This document shows positions 26,957 to 39,419 of a DNA stretch of 64,000 nucleotides, in pieces; positions within the stretch are counted from its first letter, which is position 1; each line of letters starts with the position of its first letter. The stretch is from Oopsacas minuta. Taxonomy: Eukaryota > Animalia > Porifera. Position numbers and translations under genes: made by a program. The stretch lies in contig JAKMXF010000337.1 of the NCBI GenBank assembly GCA_024704765.1, positions 166,158 to 230,157 on the forward strand, read 5' to 3'. The notes beneath the pieces were generated by a model that saw only the letters and a program-made list of their open reading frames with translations, was not told the DNA's origin and made no database searches.

Positions 26957-27723
26957 TTAAACAACAAGAATATTCTGCAGAATACTAAATTCGATTTCAC
27001 GATGTATATTCACATCTCTAAATGATAGGCCACCTATAGTATGATGCCCTGGACGAAAACAAATCGCCTTTAAAACAATATATTCAGATCCTTGAGTAAT
27101 CAAGTCTGTTAATGTAAAATTCGATTTACCACACCAATGAAAGATCAATGGAAAATTTTGCAAACATATTTGCAAACTTAGAGTACAATTGCTGACATTT
27201 TGGATAAGAATCTTTACTTCAAATGTTTTGTAACAATATATGACACCAGGTATTTCTAATATATATATTCGAACAAAATGTGAATTCTTTAAGGGTTTGT
27301 CTAGATTCCCTGTTTGCAATCTTCCTCTCTGAATAATATTGTTTCTCCATGTAATATCCAGCTTACCCATGTCTTTGGAAGAAAGGAAGAGATTCCCTAG
27401 TGGAGAAATTTTAAATAAATAGCTTATTGTCTCTTTAGGTTCAATTTCACAGTCCGGAGGCTCGGTGGTATAATTTGTATGAGAAATCAAGGGCTTAACT
27501 TCATATTTGGAAAGTGATCTGAGGGAAAGTCCATCTAAGCAGAGTTTCTGATGTGTCATATTTTGTATTCGAGACTCAAGAATGGTAAACTCCAAATATT
27601 CTGGGGAAACATACTTGGTCTTAATATCGATCGGTTTAATTACATCAAAAGAAAATGTTTTCTGTAAATGCATCTTCTCACTATTAAATAAATACATGAT
27701 ATTAGCCAGGATTGAATGAGTAC
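26957..27723 (-). CDS. TRAPPC13: TRAPPC13-like, terminal coding exon
   Basis: ORF 26957-27697 has FSFDVIKPIDIKTK, GKLDITW...RGRLQT, HWCG and GHHTIGGL, matching the TRAPPC13 pattern. A pyrimidine tract and AG acceptor at 27724-27725 extend it by (G)THSILANI. Confidence 0.85.
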
Positions 27724-28304
27724 CTATAAAGAAAATGACAAGATCAAAAGATAGAAAAAAATACAGGTTACGTAATACGAAGCATAAAATTATTGTCTAG
27801 CACCAACAATTACAGAGATGCCAACTTTACGTTCCAAATGCTGATCATTACTGAAATACAACTATGGTAGGATGATCACGTCATAATTGAAAAAAATCAC
27901 GATGTAAATATGCTAACAAAATTTTTGAAAAATGGCAATTGCAAATAGTGCATATTCTCAATATATAGGGTATTACTACTCATAGAATCCATACTCGTTC
28001 AGATCATCTGACATAAAACAATTACTCGGTTAAGTACCAGGGGTTGTAAGTTTCTGTATATTTTTCGAACATTTTCATTTCGAATAATCTACTCCTTTTA
28101 GATATCATAATTGTAACAAATATGTATAGAAACCATACCGAAATTGTGTAGGAATAGTGGAATTACTCAATAATATAGTTGGAATAATTCCCAAAAATGA
28201 TCAATTTGTGACCAATTATCCCATCGATCGTCTCGCGATCCAAAGACATTATTGAAAGAAATTTTCACAATAAAATTACAGGTATAAATATTTTACTCGA
28301 AATA

Positions 28305-29215
28305 CAGTCAAGGGACAAATGTATTCGAACACACAAATATATTGTCATAAATTGTATACTCTTTCCCGCTCCTATATATTGTGTAGTCGATATTCGTAGC
28401 TGCTATCTAGTAATTTGTATAGAATAACATGTTTTTCAAGAATTTCAAATAATATTTTCGATTTACACTTTTTGAAGGTGTTAATTATTAATAATTATTA
28501 GATTATTATTGATAATCAAATATGTGGTAATTCAAAACCTATTAAGAATCTATAATTTCTGACTTGATATTTGAATTCTACGTAGGCGAGTTACCCCAGA
28601 TTGAAATTTCCAATCGGATTGAACAATTTTTACCAGAGTTATAGATGAACTTCAATTTATGCCATTTGTACCACTTTTTGAAAAAAGTGGTACAGGTGGC
28701 AAGAAAAAGCGCCACTACAAGGAAATCAACTAGGGTTAGGAGGAATAAGTCGAAGTAATATTTTCGAATGATATGACTATGCTAACCCTTGAATTCCAAA
28801 ATAACCTCTTGGTAACGGCCACTTGTGCCACCTTGGACACAAGGTGGCACAAATGGCACAAATTGAAATTCATCTATAACTCTGGTAAAAATTGTTCAAT
28901 CCGATTGGAAATTTCAATCTGGGGTAACTCGCCTACGTGGAATTCAAATATCAAGTCAGAAATAATAGATTCTTAATTGGTTTTGAATTACCACATATTT
29001 GATTATCAATAATAATCTAATAATTATTAATAATTAACACCTTCAAACTGTGTAAACCGAAAATATTTTTTGAAATTCTTGAAAAACATATGTTATTCTA
29101 TACAAATTACTAGATAGCAGCTACGAATATCGACTACACAATATATAGGAGCGGAAAAGAGTATACAATTTATGACAATATATTTGTGTGTTCGAATGCT
29201 TTTGTCCCCTAACTG
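28305..29215. mobile_element. Pogo-like foldback MITE, 911 bp, about 370-bp inverted arms
   Basis: Arms about 28305-28674 and 28844-29215 are near-identical reverse complements. TA|CAGT(C/T)A.GGGACAAA termini with TA on both sides. Confidence 0.85.
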
Positions 29216-29219
29216 TATA

Positions 29220-31026
29220 CAGTAGAAACCGGATATTTTTAACCCCGGAAATTTTTAACAACCGGATATTTTTAACAAATTTTTGTGAAAAGTCCATTAT
29301 TCCTTCGGATATTTTTACTTTATTGTCAGTTTACTTGGTGAATATTCCTTTCTTAGCCATGTCCTCCCAGAAGCGCTTGTCTTTAGCTCAAAAGTGTGCC
29401 GTTATTGCTGCATACAATGCACCTGTTGGCGAATATAAGAGATCTATCACTGAGCTGTCCAAGGTTTATGATGTTTCGAAACTGGCCGTGAGCTATATCC
29501 TGAAGAACCAGGAAAAATTCAAGGGTACATTGAAGGCTGGGATGCCCACCAAAAGGTTCAACACTCGTCCTCCATTGAAGTACAGCTTGATTGATGGCCA
29601 CCTCATCGACTGGTTTACAGCCCTGCGGGCTGCTAACAAAGAGATCAACGACCAAATCATGATACAAGCAGCCAGAGAGATTGTCCAAAGGCTTGGAGCT
29701 GGTGATCCTGAGGGTATGAACGAGTCCTGGATCCAGAGATGGCGCGAGAGGCATGGGGTCCACTACAAAACCCTCCATGGTGAGGCTGCAGAATGTCCTG
29801 ACTTTGAAGAGTGGTTGGTGGCCATCAGGCCCATCCTGAGCAGGTATGCCCAACGGGATATCTATAATGCTGATGAGACAGCCTTGTTTTGGAGGATGTC
29901 TGAGGGAAAGTCTTTTGTGGCTGCCAAAGAAGCTAGGGTGGCTGGCCGGAAGACGAGCAAGTCGAGGGTTATGCTACTTATTGGATGCTCTATGACTGGC
30001 GAGAAACTTCCACTTTTGTGCATCGGTTCTGCCAAGAAGCCTCGCTGGCCTGTAGTGTTAGGCAAGAAAGCTGATGCCCCTATAGCCTACGCCAGTTCAG
30101 GAAAGGGTTGGATGAATACTGCATTTTCAACAAGTGGCTACAGGAATTCAATGGTAAAATCACAAGGCAGGACAGTGCAGGTTGCTCGTAGACAACTGTC
30201 CTGTACATCAGGGCTTGTGCGAGAAGTATGATGGAGTGAAGGCAAATCTCAGGTTAGTCATGTTGCCAAGAATACAACTGCAAAGCTTCAGCCCTGTGAT
30301 CAGGGAGTCATCCGGTCCCTGAAAGCCCACTACCGAGGCAAACTTGCCAGACTCATCCTCAACAAGGAAGCCAAATCTGTCTCCCTCTATGAGGGGCTCT
30401 GTATGGTTCGTGTTGCCTGGAGTCAAGTCACAGGAGAAGTGGTGGTGAACTGCTGGAAAAAGTCTTGCCTGAATGATGGAAAAGATCAGCCTGATGTTGA
30501 TGAGGCGGAAGCGGCAGATAAGGATCTGGATGATGTGGACGAAGTAATGAGGATGGCTAACATAGAGGATATGCAACCAGTGGCTCACGAGCCCGTTCCT
30601 GATCTCGAGGCATTACTGGCTACCTTGGCACTTCATACGGATGTTAGGATAGAGGACACTGCCGAACCTTCTGATAGTGACGAGTCTGACATGGGTGAGG
30701 ATGGGGATGAGAAAGCTCTTGCCTCGAATGCCGATTGCCTTAAGTTTCTATCTCGGATCAAGAACAGGCTAATCTATACTACTGGTCAGACCCCTGATTG
30801 CTTGGTGGAACTGCAATCCATTCTCATGCACCAGCCGCAGCAACAGGCCAAGATAATCCAATTCTTCCCTTTGCAGTGAAAAGGAACGATGAGTAGATAG
30901 CTGTTCAAACACTAATTTACTGAATATTTATAGATACCGTTGAGTTATAGTTGTAGTAGTAGCTAAAATCGGATATTTTTCAAAATTTCGTGCAAAGAAT
31001 ATATTAAAAATATCCGGTTTATACTG
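29220..31026 (+). mobile_element. Pogo/Tigger DNA transposon, full length, 1807 bp
   Basis: 23-bp TIR CAGTA(G/T)AAACCGGATATTTTTAA with 1 mismatch, TA flanks. Confidence 0.92.
29359..30879 (+). pseudogene. Tigger-like transposase (CENP-B HTH + DDE), frameshifted near 30120-30290
   Basis: MSSQKRLSLAQK..., WIQRWRERHG, IYNADETALFW, GKGWMN, then LLVDNCPVH and NTTAKLQPCDQGVIRSLKAHYR in other frames, and an acidic tail in ORF 30403-30879. Confidence 0.88.
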
Positions 31027-31688
31027 TATATACAAAATTGTACTTCCAAATAATAATATGTAAATAAATATTGTTTATGAATCATATACGTTTGTGGTTA
31101 ATTGGAAATGCAGAGAAAAACTCCTCAATATGTCTTTCTGAATGAATGCAAAAGGAATTTGCGGAGCTTTAAGCTCGTAATGAAAATTGAACAGTAAAAA
31201 TTAGTGCTGACGTAATTTAACACACATCTTGATGACAATAATTTTAGTAACTGTTATTGCCTTAGTGCAGAGTAGAGAATACTACGAAATATTGGGATCA
31301 CATTGTGTCTTTATGGCGTATTTAGCAAATTTCAATCATGAATAAATGTATTTTTCTGGTTCCCAATTGTGGATTTAATTGGAAAATCATGATGATAGCA
31401 TGTATAGCCCAAAGGATTTGGATAACAGTAATGAAAATAAACAAACTTTTACAGCATTTTCAGAATTTAACCACAATGGAAAATATCTATATACTTTAGG
31501 AACGATTATATCTCTACTATAACTTGTTAAATATAATTTTAAAGATTAATTGGACATATTTCCTATATTCAAACAGTGTATACTATAATGTAAGAGTATT
31601 TTGGTGTCCTCAATTTTTCTTGGACTTTCTAGCATTGACTGAAAGTGGAAATTGTATAGTTAGTAAATGTTGATTGGAGTGCTGTGTC

Positions 31689-34600
31689 CACAGTGGGTTA
31701 ATAGGGCAGTTAGTAAAGAATAGCTATTTTGGTGTGAGATAGCCATATGAAATGTATTATTTACATATAGATTATAATATATAAGGAACCAATACATCTT
31801 GTCACAACAAGTATATGGCCTAAATATTCCAAGTTATGCCGTCATTGATATACATAAAAATTTTAATTTTCATCAATAAATACATTTTACTCGACTTTAT
31901 CGCCATGAAATCTATTAATTACATATTGGTTGTCCGTATTTGGCAAGACCTTGAACTTAAAATTTTGTTATAGGGCTTGTATTTATAGAGTTATGACGTC
32001 TTCAGAATTATGACGTCACACTTATGATGTAATTTATCTTATTGATTTACAAAATATACATCATACTCATACTTAAGTTCATGATAGGCAATCAGTATTG
32101 GAGGTTAAAGTCGTGAATAAAGTCTGTATACAAGTTTTCTGATTGTTCATAGCATTGCAGCATTTAGATCTCGTTGTGTGTCCAGATTGACCATATCGTT
32201 CACAAGTCAAAATTCTTCGATAGTTTACTAAGGTTGGATCACTTCGAGAGGTTAATCTGACGAAGATATCCATAATATTGGTCTCAAAACTAACTTTACG
32301 AGCTAAATTCTCACGATATTTTCCAACTAATTTGTTGCATGATTCTGTGCCTTCTTCTAAAATGCCTTTAAGCCATAGCCAGAATTCGACTCACGTATTA
32401 ACTCCTCGGAAAGGGCCAAGTGCTTGTTGCAGGGTTGGAGTCATGCTAAGCCAGGGGAAAGAATCTAAGATGACAAGGTAGGTATCCCTCCACAATTTCC
32501 CCAATTCCAAAGTGTTAACCTTGTGACTTGAATTGAAAACTCGAAGAATGGCTGAAAGCTGAGTATGTATCTTTGATAAGACTGGGCGATATTGTATTGT
32601 TACAGTTGATAGAATGCATCCAAGGTATTCAGTTTCATCAGAAAAGGCTCTTCTAGCAACATTCCATGTTGAGGTGGTTCCACCGTTAGAATTAGACTGG
32701 TCAACCTTAACCCTCTCTTCTCCTGAATAATGTTTGAAGGAATTTCATTGACTCCTTGATAACTGGTGAAGTTGGGGACCAGGTAAACTTTTCGATGCGA
32801 AGATGATATACCAGCAAATTGAACCACCTAAAATTGGTTTAATTATGTGAAGATAAATTCTGAATGATTAATGGAGTACTAGATTACTTACCTAAATACG
32901 CCTGTGTATGAATGGAGTGGAGATGCTGGATATATGTTAATCTCTGAAATTGGTGCATGAGTTAAATTGAAGCGTTCATTAGTCGAAAGAGCAAGAACGA
33001 CTCAATGTCATCAATGTGCGAAATATCTCGATTGCATCTGTGATATTTTTGTTGATGGGAACCCTCAAGAACTAAATTCCGATCCTTCAAACCTTTGTGT
33101 GGCAGTGCACATCTGACAACTGGCTCCTCCAGCTCCAGAGAAAATGGCTGCCATCTTCCCATCAACATTGAGTGGATAATATCGACATTGACAACACCAT
33201 TTTCTAAAGGAATCTCATTTCACAACATCACTGTATCGGGATAAATCATAGTTTCCATGAAGGAACGAATATTTTGCATTCTGTCGCAGCGCAGGGAAAA
33301 ATATGTCTTTGAGAGAAGGGTGAATTAGGGGATTTACTCTGCCAAACAATCCTGTTTGTTACAGTGTGGATGGAGATGGGCTTGAAACAAAATAGAATGA
33401 AGTTATTTGGTGAAAGTATTAGTTGCCTGCTGGTTGTAGATAGCGTGACAACCAGAACCATCTAAGCCATCTGCGATGTTAAATGTGAGTGGGAATTCTT
33501 CACCTGTGGGGTGATCTACCATTGACAATATTCTTTCCAGGGTTTTCTGAACTTGAAGACAATATGGTGCGTGTATACCTACTGGTTTAGCTGGATTAGG
33601 ATACAAAGTTATACTGGATCGCGAAATCATGACATCTCTCAGGTTACTAGCTTGCTGTAAGATGGGAAATGTATATTGTCTGGTAGAAGTGTTTGACGTA
33701 GTTGAGTGTATCTTCGTCTGCCCACTTCAAGTAAGTCTAGCAGGAATAAGGCTTTATCAACTGGAACATGCTTGTTACTGAGGTTACAGAATCTTCCACT
33801 AACAATAATCTCTTTGGCTACCGTAGCAACCTGACGATTATTCTCCTCATTTGCCAATAGTTGTTATGAGAGTGCTGCAACGCTTATTTCTGTAGTATTC
33901 TCAATAACTGGGAGTGACTTAATAAATTCTAGCAGACTTGACAATAGAGTACGCTGTTGCTGCAGAGAGATATCATCAAGATGCTTCCTATGTCTCACTG
34001 AATGAGTGGGAACTTCACCATCATCAGAAGACGAATCTAGTAAATCAGAACTACGATTTTTCTTTAACTCCCGTTTCATGGAAATGTTAGAATGCTAACA
34101 TTCTCCTTCTAAACAATCTAAAGATTTCTTCGTCTTCTTGAATCTGTTCTGAATTCTTAACAGCAACGTTTCCAAGAGTTTCTTATTATCAGAGTCTATT
34201 TCAAAGTGTTCTTTGAAATATTTTGTCGTTTTCAAGACACAATTATTATTGTCTTTCAGGATTCTCGCCAATTCGAGGCGGGACTTTGGGAAAGTTAACT
34301 CTTCTGTCATTGTTTTCAGCAAATTCCGAAAAATATGTATTATTCAGTAGATTATATATATCAGTCGCTATAATGAATTTCAAGAACGAAATTCAATACT
34401 ATTTCATTCAATTGTTGCAGTATGCTACAATGGGAATTTCCTAGCAACGAAAAGTTGTAATAGAATGTCATTGAAAATTATAGGTTGCACACTGTTTCGG
34501 GTTTTGTGGTTTTAGATTACGTTTTAGGAATCGTAATGCGTGTATCCGATTCATTTTGCGCTGTTGTTTTGTGTTGTTATTTTTCGCGACACTTTAAGTA

Positions 34601-34960
34601 TTCCTCTTTGTAAAAATTCTGTAAGGATTTTACTAGATTTTAGAAATCTTATGTTCACGAAATATATACAAAATACAGTCATGAAAACAAGATATTTAGA
34701 ATTAGCATAGTCGAAATGTATAAAGTATACCAGATTAGTGGCATTCGATTATGTAATTGCTGTAACAGATTCATTTGAAATTGGGGTTAAATTTAGAAAC
34801 CGTGAAGCCGCAATTTTCACATAAATATTTCGCATCTTTGATGAAGAAATTTTACACCTTTTAGGGTCTCAATCGCTTAGATATTTTAAATGAAAATCAT
34901 TTAAACAATTTAAAGTGCATTTCTGGGGAGAATGTACAATTCCGACACTCTATTAGCTAA
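31689..34960 (-). mobile_element. Near-full-length decayed RAG1-like/Transib transposon (copy B) with intact 3' end
   Basis: Fragments across 32079-34322: RHRKHLDDISLQQQR, LLDLLEVGRRRYTQLR, IADGLDGSG, VDGKMAAIFSGAGGA.C..C, GGTTST.NVARR, EEGTESCNK, SDPTL, CERYGQSGH. 3' terminus CACAGTG (31689-31695), 23 nt, AATAG. 5' heptamer not found; right boundary approximate. Confidence 0.85.
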
Positions 34961-34999
34961 CGCAGCACCCCATACCATCAAAAGAAGAATAAATTTTGA

Positions 35000-35620
35000 T
35001 TTGTGGAGCGAGTTATATATCGAGCATACTTGTCCCAAACTCGATCTATATGTAGATTTGAACTTGTAACAATTAGATGGAGAGGAGCCTCATCGGAGAA
35101 TATTACATTAGTTCACTCCTTAGATGACGAATTGTGCCGTTCTTTGCAAATTTTCCCGATGGACCTTCAGTTTTTCTGTCAACCACGGGATCTGGGGTTG
35201 TTTGTAAGTGATGAAACCAAGATTCTCCTTCAAATATCGATGCACGGAAGTTTTGTCTGGTGGCCACGAGATGTGTATATTATCGCTAATTTCAAGAAAA
35301 TTCCATCTTTGGGACTATTTTGGAAATGATACTTCTTCTCATTCATGTTAGTGAAGAAGGCCGTCGTGATCTAGGTTTATCATCGAGGGTAAACGCGATT
35401 ATTTCTTCTCAACCAGTTATTCACGGTTTTGATCGTTTCCCTATTTGTTCAGCAGCATTTTCAAGTGTGATTCCTGCTTTTAACATAGCTATCGTCTTTA
35501 CATATCTGACTCAGAATATGAAAATTAGATATCAAATTTCGCCAAAAATAAATCACAAAACATTTGAGACAACGAACATGAAGCCCTGGAAAACAAGGAT
35601 AAAATCAATTGTCTAATTAC
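35000..35620 (-). pseudogene. Tc1/mariner transposase 5' remnant
   Basis: Minus-strand NVIFSDEAPLHL (about 35075-35110) and an HTH-like region with DKPRSRRP. It abuts the expected 5' end of RAG1-like copy B. Confidence 0.5.
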
Positions 35621-35744
35621 ACTATTTACCACCAAAACAAAGAAACTACATATGAAATACAATGAACTTGAGGGTATATAATATAGTACATACTACAATA
35701 GGAAAACATTTTGAAATACTGTATATATCATCCCATGCATACTA

Positions 35745-37048
35745 CGAGGGGCACTCGAAAAGTTCTGACGTTAGATATGAAACCATCAATCTGTCGAATA
35801 TTTTTCCGCATCCATCTTTCAGACATATTTTATTACTCTACTTTGAAACTTTCATTCATTTATCCCTCCTACTTTCATAAATTAGATAATTTCAGTATAC
35901 ATAGCTTCTAAAATGTCACAATCTAAATCAGATCTCACAAAACGTGACTTCGAGCAATGATTTTGATCTTATTCAAACTACACAAAAGACAAGAGTAGAA
36001 ATCTATGAATCTTTACAGGAACATTTCCCGAATATAGCTCCTTCTCTAAGTATAGTTGAACGATGGTACAGGGAATTTATTCACGGAAACTTCGTTCTTG
36101 AAGATGCCCCTCGTTCAGGAAGACCGAATATTTCATATAATGAAGAAAATGTAACGAAATGCTAGATCTAATTACTAAAGATCCTCATATTACGTACGCT
36201 CAGTTAGAGTATGAAACCGAGTTATCATCGGGAACTAATAATATCATTTTTCACAAAGAGCTTTGTGTCAGGAAATTTGTGCCCGATGGATCCCCCATTC
36301 TTTGAACTTACAGCAAAAAATATCCCGCATAGACTTTTGCAAAATTATGCTCAAAAGGTTTGCTAATGGAAGTTAAAGAGCTGTTTCTGAGATCCTAACA
36401 GGTAATGAGACATGGATATACCATTATGATCCAAAAACAAAGCGAATGTCAAAGGAGTGGGTTGAAGAAGATGCCCCACCTCCAACCAAAAATGCGGAGG
36501 GCTAGATTTGTTGGGAGACAAATGTGGGCGATTTTTTTCAGATCTAGTGGGTTTATCGAAGCTGTTGCTCTCGAGGATAGAAAGACTATTACTGCCGACT
36601 GGCACACTACAGTGTGCCTACCCAAAGTCATCACAGCAATTGAGTCACAGATAGAGAAGACAGGCATTAGAGGAATTCTTCTTCATCATGATAACGCATC
36701 ATCGCATACGGTAATCAGAACTCGTGAGTTTTTGGAAAATTCTGGACTCAAAACATTACCTCACCCACCCTACAGTCCTGATTTAGCCCCTTGCGACTTC
36801 TGGTTGTTCCCTAGACTCAAAGATCAATTACGTGGAAGGAGATATTCGACTAATGAGGAGTTGAGAGGGGCACTTTTCCAAGCGATCGGAGACATACCCA
36901 AAGAAGAGTGGAAAAATGTTTTGATAATTGGTTTACCAGAATGAAAATGTATAGATTGTCAAGGAGAGTATTTTGAAAAATGTAATAGTCAATTTCATTA
37001 TCACTATTGATATGTCAGTCAACGTCAAAACTTTTCGAATGCCCTTCG
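35745..37048 (+). mobile_element. Mariner (DD34D) element, full length 1304 bp, transposase disrupted
   Basis: 28-bp TIR CGA(G/A)GGGCA(C/T)TCGAAAAGTT(C/T)TGACGTT with TA flanks. Motifs DAPRSGRP, ETWIYHYDP, HHDNASSH, YSPDLAPCDFWLF. Confidence 0.92.
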
Positions 37049-38052
37049 TATTTTGCTTAAGGTTCTAGTACAATTGCTCAAATCCAGCCTTCAAGTAACT
37101 GGAAGAAGGGAGAAAGCAATGTATTCACATTGTATGAGATATCGCTATTTGGAAATAAGAATAGTATACTAGCATCTGAATTAACTAATTAAAGAAGCTT
37201 TCAACTTAATTAGATTTTGACTTAATATAAATCTCACAGAGTGTCACTATGTACCATTTTTTTTCAATAGCAACCATGATATAGTAAGATGGTATTGATT
37301 GATCATTATCAACCTAAGAAGTATCTATTAGAGGAACAGTATACTGCAATAGGATAAGATAAAATAAGTAGTATCAGGCTCGTGAGAACTATTTCAATTT
37401 TTTAGGATGCACGAATACAATTGGTAGGGTAATGTAGTCAGGGCTTCCCCTACACTCCAGTCTATAGTATATTTATCTCACTAATTTTATTGAATAATTA
37501 TTTACATACAAGTAAACACAAAATACTAATTCATACTCGTAGACAAACTCGGCATGATGGCAATTTTTCAAACATTATAGATCCAAAATGTTTAATACGT
37601 CTTTCAATGAAGATGTATCAAGTATAATACGTATTATACGTTCAATCGACAATTTTTGCTGAAGTAACTTCTATCCGGCTAATTTCTGAAATTATTATTA
37701 TACAGCAATACAGTAGTTCTAAAATTGTTAATGAAAAATCTCAGCATCGTTCCAAAATATATAATACTTGATTACAATGTAACTTGTAAAAGTCTAACAG
37801 TGTCAACACTCATATTTCGAGGTTAACCTAGACGTATAATACGTTCAAATAGGTCACGTATAACGTATTATGCAACTAAGTTTTAGATCATATTTGTTAA
37901 CATGCACATACTTCAGTAGAACCTCTATAAGTGGGGTGGTCGGAAGGCAAATATTCTGATGTCCCCCTACCCCAGCAATAATTTCAACAGCCAATGTAAT
38001 TTAACTAGAGTGTTTCAAGTAAATATATCAACAATTAATATGTGTTTGTATA

Positions 38053-39419
38053 CAGGGTGGTCCAAAATAAAGTGTACCCGTGCATGTTTTGCACCACTCA
38101 AGTTACAACTTTTCTTCCAACTTTATACCGTTTTAGCAAATGTCAAATACAACTCCTACGCCGAAGCAATACTCTCTTTGGAATGTAGAACTTAAAGCAT
38201 TCGCCATTGAGAGGTACATGGAGACGAAGAGTTTCCATGTAACAATACGCGATGTTGTTGCCAAGTTCAACGCCGTTACAACACCCTACAAATCACTCAT
38301 TGTCAAGTGGGTAGCCAAGTTTAGGAAAGAAGGGACAGTCAGGAACCTTAACTCAAAAATCCCGAGTCGAAATAGTCACTCAGGACGAAAGGGGAAGCGG
38401 GATGAGGTGTTTATCGACCGCCTGCGAGAATCCGTACAAGAGTCACCACACAAATCGACGAGAAGGAGGTGTCAAGAACTAGCTTCCTCACGTTCTACGA
38501 TGTTAAGAGCGATTAATGAAGACCTAAAATTGTTTCCCTATCGCATTACCATCTACCAGAAGCTCACAGAAACTGCAAAGATGAACAGGCTGGATATGGC
38601 GAAGGTTTTGGCTGACAAAATCAAAAAAACAAAGAATTTTCTCCAGCTTCTGTGGACAAGCGATGAGGCTCATTGCTATCTTGAGGGGGCGGTAAACTCT
38701 AAAAATAGCATCTATTGGGGTTCTCAGAGACCAAACGAGTTGATAACCAAGCCTCTTCACTCAAAGAAGGTCACAGTTTGGTGTGCTCTCTCTGAGAAGG
38801 GCATTATTGGCCCATATTTCTTCGAGGAAAATGGAATGACGACCAGCATCAACAGTGAACGCTACATTGTGATGCTAGAGAGGTTCTTGGAGGACTTGAA
38901 ACGTCTCTTTCCCAGTAATTGGCAGAAGATGTGGTTCCAGCAGGACGGTGCTTCTCCCCATGCAGCTCAAAAGTCCCTGGATTGGCTTAGAGTTCACTTC
39001 AAGTCCAGGATCATCAGTCGCAAGTGTGAGATCGAGTGGCCCCTTATTCGCCCGACCTGAGCCCCCAGATTTTTTCCTGTGGGGCTATATTAAAGACAGG
39101 ATATACCAGAACAACCCCAAGATACTGGAGGAACTAAAAACTAACATAAGAACCGTTATCAGAAGGAAAACAAGACCAGTATTGAAGTCCGTCGTGCAAA
39201 ACTTTACTATGCGCCTCGGAAAAGTAATAAATATGAAAGGAGGACACATGGAACATCTACTCTGAATGATTGACCCAAAGCAGCAACAAGAATGTCGAAT
39301 TATTTATTTCATGTAATTTGTCTATATATTATAACAAACTTCTTTGATTGTTCCAATATCTAACATATATCCCAAAATTGAAAAATTTTGTCGGGTACAC
39401 TTTTTTTTGGACCACCCGG
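38053..39419 (+). mobile_element. Rosa/VS-type (DD41D) Tc1/mariner element, full length 1367 bp
   Basis: TIR C(A/C)GGGTGGTCCAAAA.AAAGTGTACCCG with TA flanks. ORF 38140-39060 has WTSDEAH and FQQDGASPH. Restoring small frameshifts near 39040-39070 gives 41 residues to the third Asp (PDFFLWG). Confidence 0.88.

Noticed and set aside
34950-34975. 5' end of copy B
   Set aside because: CTATT is at the expected distance but no heptamer follows at 14 nt and the GTGTC TSD is absent. The end was probably lost at the adjacent Tc1 remnant.
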